From positions 214,789 to 278,788 of the forward strand of contig CAZMIU010000001.1 of the NCBI GenBank assembly GCA_964566795.1: 64,000 nucleotides of DNA. The letters run 5' to 3'. Under the pieces are notes generated by a model. The model was not told where the DNA came from, made no database searches, and saw only the letters and a list, made by a program, of their open reading frames with translations. A program made the position numbers and the translations under genes. This document shows positions 8,616 through 16,842 of this stretch, in pieces. How positions within the stretch are numbered: the first letter of the stretch is position 1; every line of letters begins with the position of its first letter. The DNA is from an uncultured Candidatus Saccharibacteria bacterium. Its GTDB lineage: Bacteria; Patescibacteriota; Minisyncoccia; Phycocordibacterales; SBAW01.

Positions 8616-10139
8616 TTAGAGCTCGAAGTTGTACGTTGTTCCGTCAAACTCGATTGAGCTCACATAGTTTGTCGCACCTGCTGGGCCCGGCTGTCCGGTG
8701 CGGACACCCAGGAATGAACCCGGCGAGAGGAGCTTTGCTGTGGGGAACGCCGCTACGATAGAGTTCCATGAGCGGTACTGGTTTGTATCAGCATCCGGCC
8801 AACTGTTGTCGTCTGCTGTTGCAGCAGTGAGGTCAGGACCAACGGCAAACTTTGACCAAGTCCACATCGCGGTTCCTTGGGCATCAACTGTGGTCCATGT
8901 TGCCGGAGGGAGTGCGGAATTGCCGCCCGAGCCCGGTTGCATGGTCAGACGACCCTCATACGCCGGTCCCGGTAACGGGAAGTCAACGTTGAACTGGATA
9001 AACGGCGTATCGCCATCTGCAGTCGCGTCATATACACGGAACTTGAGCGAGCTGATGGTGTTGAGCAGGTTGCTAAACTGCGCAGTCGCAATGTTGTAGC
9101 GGGGATTCGGATTCGTATCCAGCTTCATCTTTGCGCCCGCCTCGCTGGCGACCACTTCCATGTGGTTCTCACCGCCCTGTCCTGAGAACTGGTCAGGGGT
9201 CATGACGGTATCGTTGGTGTCGTTGTAGAAGAACCATGGGTTCGGTCCTACACCGAGGTCATTCTGATTGACCACCACAACATTATTCCCTGCCGAGCAG
9301 GTGAAGTTCGGATTGTTGCGGGACTGCTCTGCGCGGAAGCTGATGTTTGCGGTCATGGAGTCGGTCTGCGCCTGGTTGCCCATTGATCCGCCGTCACAGG
9401 TAAGTGTGCCGGGTATAGAGGTATCTATGTCGCCTGCGCACCACGCAAGGCCAACATACGTTGTTTGGTCTCCCTCAAACGGACCATTGCCCGTCGTCGA
9501 ATCGGCTAACGCGAGAGTGGTGGTTACACCAAGGATATTGGATGCGGGGCCGGAGTCAAACAACAACGGCTCACTTGCCTGCCAAATGTTGTCTCCGGCG
9601 ACCGCTCCGTTGGTGTTTGCAAGGTCTGCCCAGGCAACAAACTGGATGTTCTGAGCAAGTTCTCCGTCAAAGTCATTGTTGGAGTCCTCTGCAACATCAC
9701 CTGCGGCAAGTTCTGGCTCTACAGACGACTCGTCATCATTTGCGGTGATGTCTACGTCTGCGCACATCCACGCATCGTTGTTTATAACGTGGAGCGAGAT
9801 TGTGTTTTCGCCCTCATCACCCGGCTTGATATCGCTTAGGTTAAAGAACTGGTTTGTGGGCCCAAGGTCACCCTGCACCCAGGTACCATCACAGTCGCCA
9901 TTAAGCAGGTCAGGACGAGTTGTCACCTCTTGGACATTCGGATCATCTACCCAGTGGTTTGTTGCATCACACACGAGACCTGCATAGTGTGCCTGAGAAT
10001 CAACCTGCAAGTCTATAGACCCTGCAGTAAACGTGTTGGCAGACGAGGTCTCAACATCGCTAAAGAACGCGCCCGTTGCACTTGCAACTACTGCTCCAAT
10101 GAATACGAGCGTGCCCGCGCTCATAAGTATTCTTTTCAT
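8616..10139 (-). CDS. TasA-family protein with SipW-dependent signal peptide and a different C-terminal domain
   Basis: ATGAFFSDVETSSANTFTAGSIDL signal; FFNLSDIKPGDEGENTISLHV. Confidence 0.85.
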   Translation of the reverse strand: MKRILMSAGTLVFIGAVVASATGAFFSDVETSSANTFTAGSIDLQVDSQAHYAGLVCDATNHWVDDPNVQEVTTRPDLLNGDCDGTWVQGDLGPTNQFFNLSDIKPGDEGENTISLHVINNDAWMCADVDITANDDESSVEPELAAGDVAEDSNNDFDGELAQNIQFVAWADLANTNGAVAGDNIWQASEPLLFDSGPASNILGVTTTLALADSTTGNGPFEGDQTTYVGLAWCAGDIDTSIPGTLTCDGGSMGNQAQTDSMTANISFRAEQSRNNPNFTCSAGNNVVVVNQNDLGVGPNPWFFYNDTNDTVMTPDQFSGQGGENHMEVVASEAGAKMKLDTNPNPRYNIATAQFSNLLNTISSLKFRVYDATADGDTPFIQFNVDFPLPGPAYEGRLTMQPGSGGNSALPPATWTTVDAQGTAMWTWSKFAVGPDLTAATADDNSWPDADTNQYRSWNSIVAAFPTAKLLSPGSFLGVRTGQPGPAGATNYVSSIEFDGTTYNFEL

Positions 10140-10449
10140 ATATTTTTATTTGTATATATCTAGTAAACCCATCGCGATCGACCATTGCTACACTCAAAAA
10201 GAGCTGCCTTTGTGTACTACTTGGTAATACAGAAAAGCAGCCCTATACGAAGCGCACGCACGCGATGCTTGTAACCTCTGCACCATGATTATTTCCCGCT
10301 CATTCCCGCAAGCAGTGCCGCAATAGTAGCGCAGCAAAAGATGTGTCAACTCCGCGCACATTCGTTTTTGGGGAAAACTCGGTGGAGAACCTGTACGTAA
10401 CACCTGCGCGAACTGTGCATAACATATTCGGGAATATTTTTTACAAATG

Positions 10450-10484
10450 AAAAGAGCGGTTGCACGCTGTGCGGCCGCTCTTTT
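10450..10484 (-). terminator. Intrinsic terminator after 10500..10919
   Basis: AAAAGAGCGGTTGCAC-GCT-GTGCGGCCGCTCTTTT. Confidence 0.7.
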
Positions 10485-10499
10485 GTCTATAAGCCTCTG

Positions 10500-10919
10500 C
10501 TAGCGCGAGCGCGTTATGCAGCCGCGGCTGTCACACTGGGGAGCCGGCGTAGGCTCTGGTGCAGGCGGGTTTACCTGGCCCTGCTGTCCCCCGATAATTA
10601 CCGTGTTGCTGTTGTCGCGGGGAGGGTTGATGTTTGTCACCGTCACCGTGCTGCTTTGGTCGCCGGTTATCACATTGGAGCCGGTATTGCCCCCTGTGTT
10701 GTTGGAAGCTGTGGCGTTGCTGGTAATGTTGCCATTGCCACCCGCGTGATGAGGAGGATTCTGCGGCACAGTTGGGAATATGTTTGGCAGCGTCGGGAGA
10801 GCCGGTGCCGGAGCAGGTGCGTCTGCATCGCGCGAGCGGTCAGAGCGGTTGTCTGCCGCCAGTGCGGGAGTTGCGAGTAAAAGAGAACCGACAAGCACCA
10901 ATGCAGCAGTTGTACGCAT
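10500..10919 (-). CDS. Small secreted Pro/Asn-rich protein with one NTG/TG beta-repeat
   Basis: Signal peptide ..ATPALA; GNITSNATASNNTGGNTGSNVITGD; C-terminal CDSRGC. Confidence 0.75.
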   Translation of the reverse strand: MRTTAALVLVGSLLLATPALAADNRSDRSRDADAPAPAPALPTLPNIFPTVPQNPPHHAGGNGNITSNATASNNTGGNTGSNVITGDQSSTVTVTNINPPRDNSNTVIIGGQQGQVNPPAPEPTPAPQCDSRGCITRSR

Positions 10920-11008
10920 ACAGATGAGGTGTTAGGAGTAAGGAAAACTTAATAAGCTCCACAAAGAGCGTTGCCAGTTTCCCCGCCGCGGTTGCCCGCA
11001 GCTATGCC

Positions 11009-11224
11009 TTATAGTCTACACCCGCTCTGAAGGTGCAATGAGCCCGAGCGGCGATAATTGATGATAAGACGGCACAAATAGCTTGTGGTCAAGAACACCG
11101 AGAGGGATGTGAGCGCCAAAAAGAGTCCTGCTATCCACATGTTGCCCGATGCGGCAAGCAGGTATCCCGCGTAAAGACCCAGTGGCGTCACTGAGCCAAG
11201 CCCTGTTGAGTTGAATGACAGCAT
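11009..11224 (-). CDS. Small membrane protein coupled to the GT2 gene (possible synthase accessory subunit)
   Basis: ATG 1 nt after the GT2 stop; 71 aa with hydrophobic segments. Confidence 0.55.
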   Translation of the reverse strand: MLSFNSTGLGSVTPLGLYAGYLLAASGNMWIAGLFLALTSLSVFLTTSYLCRLIINYRRSGSLHLQSGCRL

Positions 11225-11225
11225 G

Positions 11226-12443
11226 TCAGTTGGTCCGAGTGCCCCAGCGGCCAGAGTATCCGAGTTTAGCAAACAGTATGGTGCCCCACGCTGCGATGCG
11301 CGCCAGGACTCCGCCCTGCCGCATTAGTGTGCGCGACAAGACAGAAAATCCGATGAACGCGTACGAGCCCAGGAGCACTAGTGTCATGATACTGCTAAAA
11401 ATTAACTCGGGCACAAGACTTATCCTCAGGGCCCAGTCCCACCTGTCTTTTTCCGGGTACCAGCGCATGAGCCACAACTGGAGCACATACCACGACACAA
11501 ACTGCAGTATGGAGAGCGTAATAAGGACCCTAAGCACCACAGACGGCACGCCCCCGCCGTCTACAATGAGGAGCGTTATAAGGAGCGCCAGCGTGGCGAT
11601 AAACACCACGTGGCCCAAGACATCCTGGAGCACGGCTGTCTTGTCGCGGGCGCCAAGCACCACCTGCACCCCGCCCAGGCTCCACCTGGTACGCTGCCGC
11701 CAAAACTGCCCCAGAGTCTCGGGGACCTCTGTCCAGGCGGGTGCATCCAGCGCCGCGCGCACGCTCCAGCCCAGGGACTTTAGCCGGGTGGTCATCTCGT
11801 AGTCCTCAATAAGGTGGCTCTCGGCAAAGGGGCCTGCCTGCCTAAGCGCCCGGGCGCGCAGCGCCGTAAGCATCCCGTGCATTACCAGAGGCCCGCGCAA
11901 AAAGCCCTGGTCGCCCAGGCGTATGGCATTAAAGCCCACATACTCCAGGCCCTGCAGGCGCGTAAGCAGGTTTTTGTTCTTATTGAGCACGCCGCAGCGC
12001 GAGCACACCGCCCCCAGCGTAGGGTCGCTAAAGAGCGCCTCTGTCATGCGCTTTACGGTCGTGGGCCCCACCACCACGTCGTCATCAAGCGTAATGATGG
12101 CGGCGGGCTTGTAGGGGCCTTTGCGCTCAAACAGGTACGCAAGCGCCAGGTTAAGCGCCCCGGCCTTGAGCCTGTTGTGCGGCGTGCGCAACACCACAAC
12201 GCGCGGGCCCATAGCCTTAAGGCGCGCCAGCACCTCCATAGCGGGCGCGTAATCCTCTGGCGTGGAGTCGTCTACCACCAGCACCTCAAGCTTGGGGTTG
12301 TACCGTACAAGGTCCTCTACCAAACAAAGCGCCGTCGCCCCCGGTTTGTAGGTAGGGACGACGGCGCTTACGTTGGGCTCAAAAACCTTGTGCGTACTAA
12401 GAGAGCGTGTTGGGACTAGAAAGTTTTTGAGCGATACCCTCAT
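11226..12443 (-). CDS. Processive GT2 glycosyltransferase (IcaA/PgaC/cellulose-synthase-like)
   Basis: VVDDST, KAGALN, TLDDD, LIEDY and QRTRW (QxxRW) motifs; C-terminal TM helices. Confidence 0.9.
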   Translation of the reverse strand: MRVSLKNFLVPTRSLSTHKVFEPNVSAVVPTYKPGATALCLVEDLVRYNPKLEVLVVDDSTPEDYAPAMEVLARLKAMGPRVVVLRTPHNRLKAGALNLALAYLFERKGPYKPAAIITLDDDVVVGPTTVKRMTEALFSDPTLGAVCSRCGVLNKNKNLLTRLQGLEYVGFNAIRLGDQGFLRGPLVMHGMLTALRARALRQAGPFAESHLIEDYEMTTRLKSLGWSVRAALDAPAWTEVPETLGQFWRQRTRWSLGGVQVVLGARDKTAVLQDVLGHVVFIATLALLITLLIVDGGGVPSVVLRVLITLSILQFVSWYVLQLWLMRWYPEKDRWDWALRISLVPELIFSSIMTLVLLGSYAFIGFSVLSRTLMRQGGVLARIAAWGTILFAKLGYSGRWGTRTN

Positions 12444-13882
12444 TACCGGCCAAAGAGCCAGTTGATAAAGCGGGTAAGCCAGCCCTCGCCTGCCCCGGTC
12501 GAGGTGGCGTTAGCCGCAGTAGCCGTCTGTACCTTGGGGTCTATAACGCTACTATTCTCGTCTACCTTAACGTTGGGAGCGACCACGCTGCCCACAGCGG
12601 GCGCTGCTCCTGCCGCAGCAGGTGCCACTGCGCCAGCGCCTGTGGTGCCCATGCTCGTTATACCCTGCGCGCGCAGCTGGGGCTGCACCTGGCGCACATA
12701 GGCTATCTCCTCAATCTGGCTTGCCGAGAGCGGGAAGTCTTTCTGGAACTTGCAGTAGATAGTGTTTATCGTCTTTTGCGTTGTGTAGTACACGTAGCCG
12801 GTAGCGCCCCTGGCCCCCCACGGGGTGAGGATGTCTGCGGCGTACTTGTTCTGGAAGGCGTTAACCGCAGCAAGCGTTGCCGGGCCGTAGGTGCCTGTAA
12901 CCGGCAGGGTGTTGCCCTCAAAGGTGTTAAGGAACACCTGGAGCTTGGCCACCTCGCCTGCGTCGTTCTGCGCGCCATACTTGATATAGCCGGTGAGGTA
13001 CATGGGGCACTCATCCTGAGCACCCAACACCTCGCCCTGGCTGCCGCTGGAGCGCGAGCCGCCACTGCGGCGGTGCGAGCTGCCGCCCGATGAGTCGCCA
13101 TCGTCGTCATTGCTGCCGCCACCGCCGCCCTGACCCTCGTCGGTCTCATTGTCGTCCTGTGCGTCTGAGCAGCCCAGGTCTGCCGGGAAGTCGACTAGCC
13201 CGTCGCCGTCGTTGTCCTGGCTGTCGGAGCACTGCGCAGAGCCACCGCCGCCTGTAGAGTCGGTTTCGTCGGTGTCGTTGGCATCGGTGCAGCCCGGATC
13301 TGCCGGGAAGTCTGTCTTACCGTCGCCATCATTGTCCTGGCCGTCTGAGCAGGCAGGGTTGTTGCCGCCGCCCTGGTCAGTCTCGTCGGTGTCAGAGGGG
13401 CTCGAGCACCCCGGATCTGCCATGTCGACTTTGCCGTCGCCGTCGTTGTCCTGGCCGTCTGCACACTGTGCCGGCAGGGTAGGATCGTCGCCTTCGTTGT
13501 CATCGGTCGGCGTAGAACAGCCTGGGTCTGCGTCGGCATCACCCGGTACACCCCAATCTACTTTGCCGTCATTATCGTTATCGATGCCATCGTTGCACTG
13601 TGGAGGTACGGTGCAGGGCAGGTCGGACTGGCTTTGATTGCCCGGCAAATCCGGACACCAGTCTATTACCTGGCCGCCATCATCCTCGCAGTCCTCCTCA
13701 AACATCGGAAAGATCCCCGTGGTGCCATCACCCTCATCTCCCACCTGGTCAACCAAGCAGAGGATCTCTGTGGCAAGTGTTGCGTGCACGAGACGCTGGT
13801 TTCCCCAAACAAACGCGGTGAGCGCAAGCGCCACCGCCATCATGAAGGCGATAGACGTGCGCAATTCCCGAGTCAACGTCAT
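12443..13882 (-). CDS. Secreted protein with four CxDxxDNDxDGxxD Ca-binding-like repeats and a peptidoglycan-binding domain
   Basis: Four CxDxxDNDxDGxxD..GC..D repeats; EVAKLQVFLN..TGTYGPATLAAVNAFQ; start MTLTREL; stop overlaps the GT2 start. Confidence 0.85.
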   Translation of the reverse strand: MTLTRELRTSIAFMMAVALALTAFVWGNQRLVHATLATEILCLVDQVGDEGDGTTGIFPMFEEDCEDDGGQVIDWCPDLPGNQSQSDLPCTVPPQCNDGIDNDNDGKVDWGVPGDADADPGCSTPTDDNEGDDPTLPAQCADGQDNDGDGKVDMADPGCSSPSDTDETDQGGGNNPACSDGQDNDGDGKTDFPADPGCTDANDTDETDSTGGGGSAQCSDSQDNDGDGLVDFPADLGCSDAQDDNETDEGQGGGGGSNDDDGDSSGGSSHRRSGGSRSSGSQGEVLGAQDECPMYLTGYIKYGAQNDAGEVAKLQVFLNTFEGNTLPVTGTYGPATLAAVNAFQNKYAADILTPWGARGATGYVYYTTQKTINTIYCKFQKDFPLSASQIEEIAYVRQVQPQLRAQGITSMGTTGAGAVAPAAAGAAPAVGSVVAPNVKVDENSSVIDPKVQTATAANATSTGAGEGWLTRFINWLFGR

Positions 13883-13933
13883 AAGTAATATGATTACGCT
13901 ATTAAATAAAAGCACCTGTAAATTAACACCTCA

Positions 13934-13961
13934 AGCATATACACCACCCCCACGTTGTCAA
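13934..13961 (-). promoter_or_regulatory. sigma70-like promoter of the 13882-11009 operon
   Basis: Minus strand TTGACA-N16-TATGCT. Confidence 0.5.
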
Positions 13962-14022
13962 ACTTGCCTGAATATTGGATGTATTGCACAGGCACAACTA
14001 AAAATAGCCGTATACTATACCC

Positions 14023-14823
14023 ATGCGCACACAGCACTCGCCCCTGCCCTACGTTGGCACTGCGGCACTGGTGGCCTGTCTTTTATGTCCTTTAGCCGCC
14101 GGGGCGGCGCAGTTTGCCCCCAGCGCGCTCTTTTTGTCTAAAAACGCCGTGGTTGAGGGCGATACGGTGCTTATACACGCCGTGGTCCAAAACGACGCTG
14201 CGGGCAAGTTCCCAGGCAATGTGGTGTTTAGAGACGGCGACACGCAGGTGGGCTCGGTGCCGGTAACCCTGCTTGCAAGCGAGGTGCGCGCCGTGTCGGT
14301 ATCCTGGACCCCGGCCTCCCCCGGCAGCCACAAGGTGGTCGCGGCACTGCTAGACCAGGGCGGCACCGCGGTGCAGAGCGAGGAGCAGACCTTTACTATT
14401 GCGGCCAAGCCCAAACCCAAGCCGGCTGTGGCCACCTCCTCTAATGCCGCCGCAGCGATAGAGTCCTCTAAAGACATCCAGGACAAGATTGGTGGGCTCT
14501 CCCCCGCCGCCGGCGGCGCTCTGGCCCCTGTGTTTAAGCTCGTAGATGGAGCGCGCTCGTCTGTGGCAAGCGTGTTGGACGACCAACTGGCCAAGACCAA
14601 GCCCAAACTGGCCCCCATACCGGGCGTGGTTGCCGGCACCAGCAGCTCCATACAAGCCCCCGAGCAGGGCTCATGGTTTGGCTCGATATTTACTACCGTC
14701 TACTACTATGTGTTGACCGTACTGCGCTGGCTTGTGGGCTCGGCGGCGGTGTTCTACCCGGTACTTGCCTTTGCCTTTCTCTACATCCTGTACAGGATGT
14801 TTAGACGCTTTAGGAGGGATTAG
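14023..14823 (+). CDS. Exported CARDB/Ig-like domain protein with C-terminal membrane anchor
   Basis: Signal peptide; VEGDTVLIHAVVQN..VSWTPASPGSHKVVA; C-terminal TM followed by RRFRRD. Confidence 0.7.
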   Translation: MRTQHSPLPYVGTAALVACLLCPLAAGAAQFAPSALFLSKNAVVEGDTVLIHAVVQNDAAGKFPGNVVFRDGDTQVGSVPVTLLASEVRAVSVSWTPASPGSHKVVAALLDQGGTAVQSEEQTFTIAAKPKPKPAVATSSNAAAAIESSKDIQDKIGGLSPAAGGALAPVFKLVDGARSSVASVLDDQLAKTKPKLAPIPGVVAGTSSSIQAPEQGSWFGSIFTTVYYYVLTVLRWLVGSAAVFYPVLAFAFLYILYRMFRRFRRD

Positions 14824-14942
14824 TGCGGAGCAAAAACAAAATTGTTCGGAATGTTTCGTAGACCCGACGGGGTCGAGGTTAGGAAATTTTCAGCAGAAAA
14901 TTTCTGCGTTCCGGCAACTTTGGTTTTGTGAAGCTACGTACT
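14822..14942. repeat. Structured palindromic (MITE/REP-like) element between convergent genes
   Basis: Outer imperfect inverted repeat of about 30 nt enclosing GACCC-GACG-GGGTC and GAAATTTTC-AGCA-GAAAATTTC hairpins. Confidence 0.65.
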
Positions 14943-15359
14943 GCGCCAGTGCCAAACTGAGGTTATAAACAGCAACAACGTCGTGGCGGCAGACATCGCA
15001 CAGTACTCGCATATGGCGCCTATGACCGAGAGCTGGATATAGAATATCGCCCACGATGAATACAGCACTCCTATGCCGGTATACACAAGCGCCCCCCACC
15101 TCAACCCGCGTGACTGCGGATCGATAATTAAGAGGAGTGAGAGGCACAGCATGTATATGTAGTACACAAGCCCGTAGTAGCTCCACGGCAGTCCAAACAG
15201 CTTAGATTGCGGACTTGTAAGCACTGTCTCGCAGCCGCCAATGGCACAGCTGGGTATCAGATTGTTGTATTGGTAGTAGGAAAGAAAGGCGGTAATCCCC
15301 AAGCCCACCATAGCCAGGGCCAAGAGTACAAAGGGAGCGAGTGCGGGTTTAGTGGGCAT
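14934..15359 (-). CDS. Vitamin K epoxide reductase (VKOR) family disulfide-forming protein
   Basis: SCAIGGCETVLTSP, GLPWS and CEYC motifs; 4 TM segments. Confidence 0.9.
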   Translation of the reverse strand: MPTKPALAPFVLLALAMVGLGITAFLSYYQYNNLIPSCAIGGCETVLTSPQSKLFGLPWSYYGLVYYIYMLCLSLLLIIDPQSRGLRWGALVYTGIGVLYSSWAIFYIQLSVIGAICEYCAMSAATTLLLFITSVWHWRST

Positions 15360-15360
15360 G

Positions 15361-15897
15361 TTAGTTAAATTCTACTGTTTTAATAAGCGCGTCAAAGTCG
15401 CGTACATTCTGGTCCGTTGGCGTTAACCACCCGACGGTAAAAAGGTACACTTTGTCGTTTTTTGCCACAAGTACCGCCTTTGTTTCATACAGGCCCGAAA
15501 AGCCATATGCGTTTGCCGGCTCGCCGCCCACCACAATACGCTTGGCGCCGCCTGGTTTAGATAGATGCCAATTTGCCCGGATGTCCGTGGTCATCCAGGT
15601 ATCAAGGTCGAGATTGTGCGTGTTTTGGAATACCTGCACGGCAATAGTAGGCGGGCCCTCCCCACCCATAGGCGGTATGTACCCCCTAGGCAGCAAAACC
15701 AGCGCGTCGCCATCGCCCGCCGCACCCGGCCGAGACGACAGCTCGTAGGTGTCGGGGTATTGGAAGGTGTACCCATCCTCCGAGGCATACTGGAGTGTGT
15801 GCTCCTGCGGCGCCACCGCGGGGCGCGGAATGAGGAGATATACACTGGTGGCCACAACAGCCACAACAAGAGCCCATATAAGCGCCTGCCTATCCAT
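15361..15897 (-). CDS. Membrane-anchored hypothetical protein (PsbP-like fold possible)
   Basis: N-terminal TM; GYTFQYPDTY and FDALIKTVEF patterns. Confidence 0.6.
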   Translation of the reverse strand: MDRQALIWALVVAVVATSVYLLIPRPAVAPQEHTLQYASEDGYTFQYPDTYELSSRPGAAGDGDALVLLPRGYIPPMGGEGPPTIAVQVFQNTHNLDLDTWMTTDIRANWHLSKPGGAKRIVVGGEPANAYGFSGLYETKAVLVAKNDKVYLFTVGWLTPTDQNVRDFDALIKTVEFN

Positions 15898-15899
15898 AT

Positions 15900-16265
15900 C
15901 TAGAGTGTACCATCTGGGCGCGTATCCTCGCGGCCGCGCACCTGCTCCTCATCAAAGCCAAACGCGTGCGCCACCTCGTGCCAGATAGTCTCTCTAACTA
16001 CTTTGTCTATCGGTTCCCCTGTTTCTTGAGCGTGTTCCTCTATCGTCTTCTGATACAAAGTAATGGTGTCGGGCAGGGTCATGCCCTCGCCATAGTGCGC
16101 GCCGCGCGCGGTGTGCGGTATGCCGTGGTAGAGCCCCAGCAGGTCGCGGTCTGGGGCCTCGTCATCTACCAGAAACGCCACATTGTGGAGCAGATGATGG
16201 AACTTTGCCGGCACCGCCCGCGGGAACTCCTCCTCTATAATCTTTTCAAATTCCTCTCTGCTCAT
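15900..16265 (-). CDS. Zincin-like metallopeptidase family protein
   Basis: LLGLYHG, LPDTITLYQ, HEVAHAFG (HExxH). Confidence 0.85.
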   Translation of the reverse strand: MSREEFEKIIEEEFPRAVPAKFHHLLHNVAFLVDDEAPDRDLLGLYHGIPHTARGAHYGEGMTLPDTITLYQKTIEEHAQETGEPIDKVVRETIWHEVAHAFGFDEEQVRGREDTRPDGTL

Positions 16266-16284
16266 ATGTCTGATACGTCAAACG

Positions 16285-16833
16285 TCATTTAAGCAGGGTT
16301 TTGTAGGTTTTTTGGACCTTCTCTATTTTGGGGGCAATCACGAGCTGACAGTAGCCCGCGTCTTTGTGGGTCTCGTAGTACTTCTGGTGGTAGTCCTCTG
16401 CTTTATAGAAGTTGCTTAACGGTTCGACAGTGGTGACCACTTTTTTAACCCCGGTGTACACCAGGTTGTTGAGGTTGTTTATATAGTGCTCGGTCATCTC
16501 CTTTTGGCGCGGTGTCGTGTAGTACACCACCGAGCGGTACTGCGGCCCCAAGTCGGCCCCCTGCCCGTTTGCCTGTGTCGGGTCGTGACTGCCAAAGTAC
16601 ACCTGCAACAGTTCCGGGAACGAGATGAGGTCGGGGTTGTAGACAATTTTGGCACTCTCTACATAGGGTGTAGTGCCTGTCGAGACTTCCTCATAACTTG
16701 GCCCTTTGGGAGTTTTGTACGCGGGGCCGGCGTAGCCGGGTTCCACACTCTCTACACCCTTAATCATAAGGAACACCGCCTCGGTGCACCAAAAGCACCC
16801 GCTACCAAACACTATTTGTTCGTGCTCATCCAT
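16285..16833 (-). CDS. msrA: Peptide methionine sulfoxide reductase A
   Basis: GCFWC, YEEVSTG, HDPT, QYRS, AEDYHQKY motifs. Confidence 0.95.
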   Translation of the reverse strand: MDEHEQIVFGSGCFWCTEAVFLMIKGVESVEPGYAGPAYKTPKGPSYEEVSTGTTPYVESAKIVYNPDLISFPELLQVYFGSHDPTQANGQGADLGPQYRSVVYYTTPRQKEMTEHYINNLNNLVYTGVKKVVTTVEPLSNFYKAEDYHQKYYETHKDAGYCQLVIAPKIEKVQKTYKTLLK

Positions 16834-16842
16834 ATACTTATT

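Noticed and set aside
13140-13600. Repeated GTCGCCGTCGTTGTCCTGG blocks
   Set aside because: Coding repeats of the Ca-binding motif, not an array or mobile element
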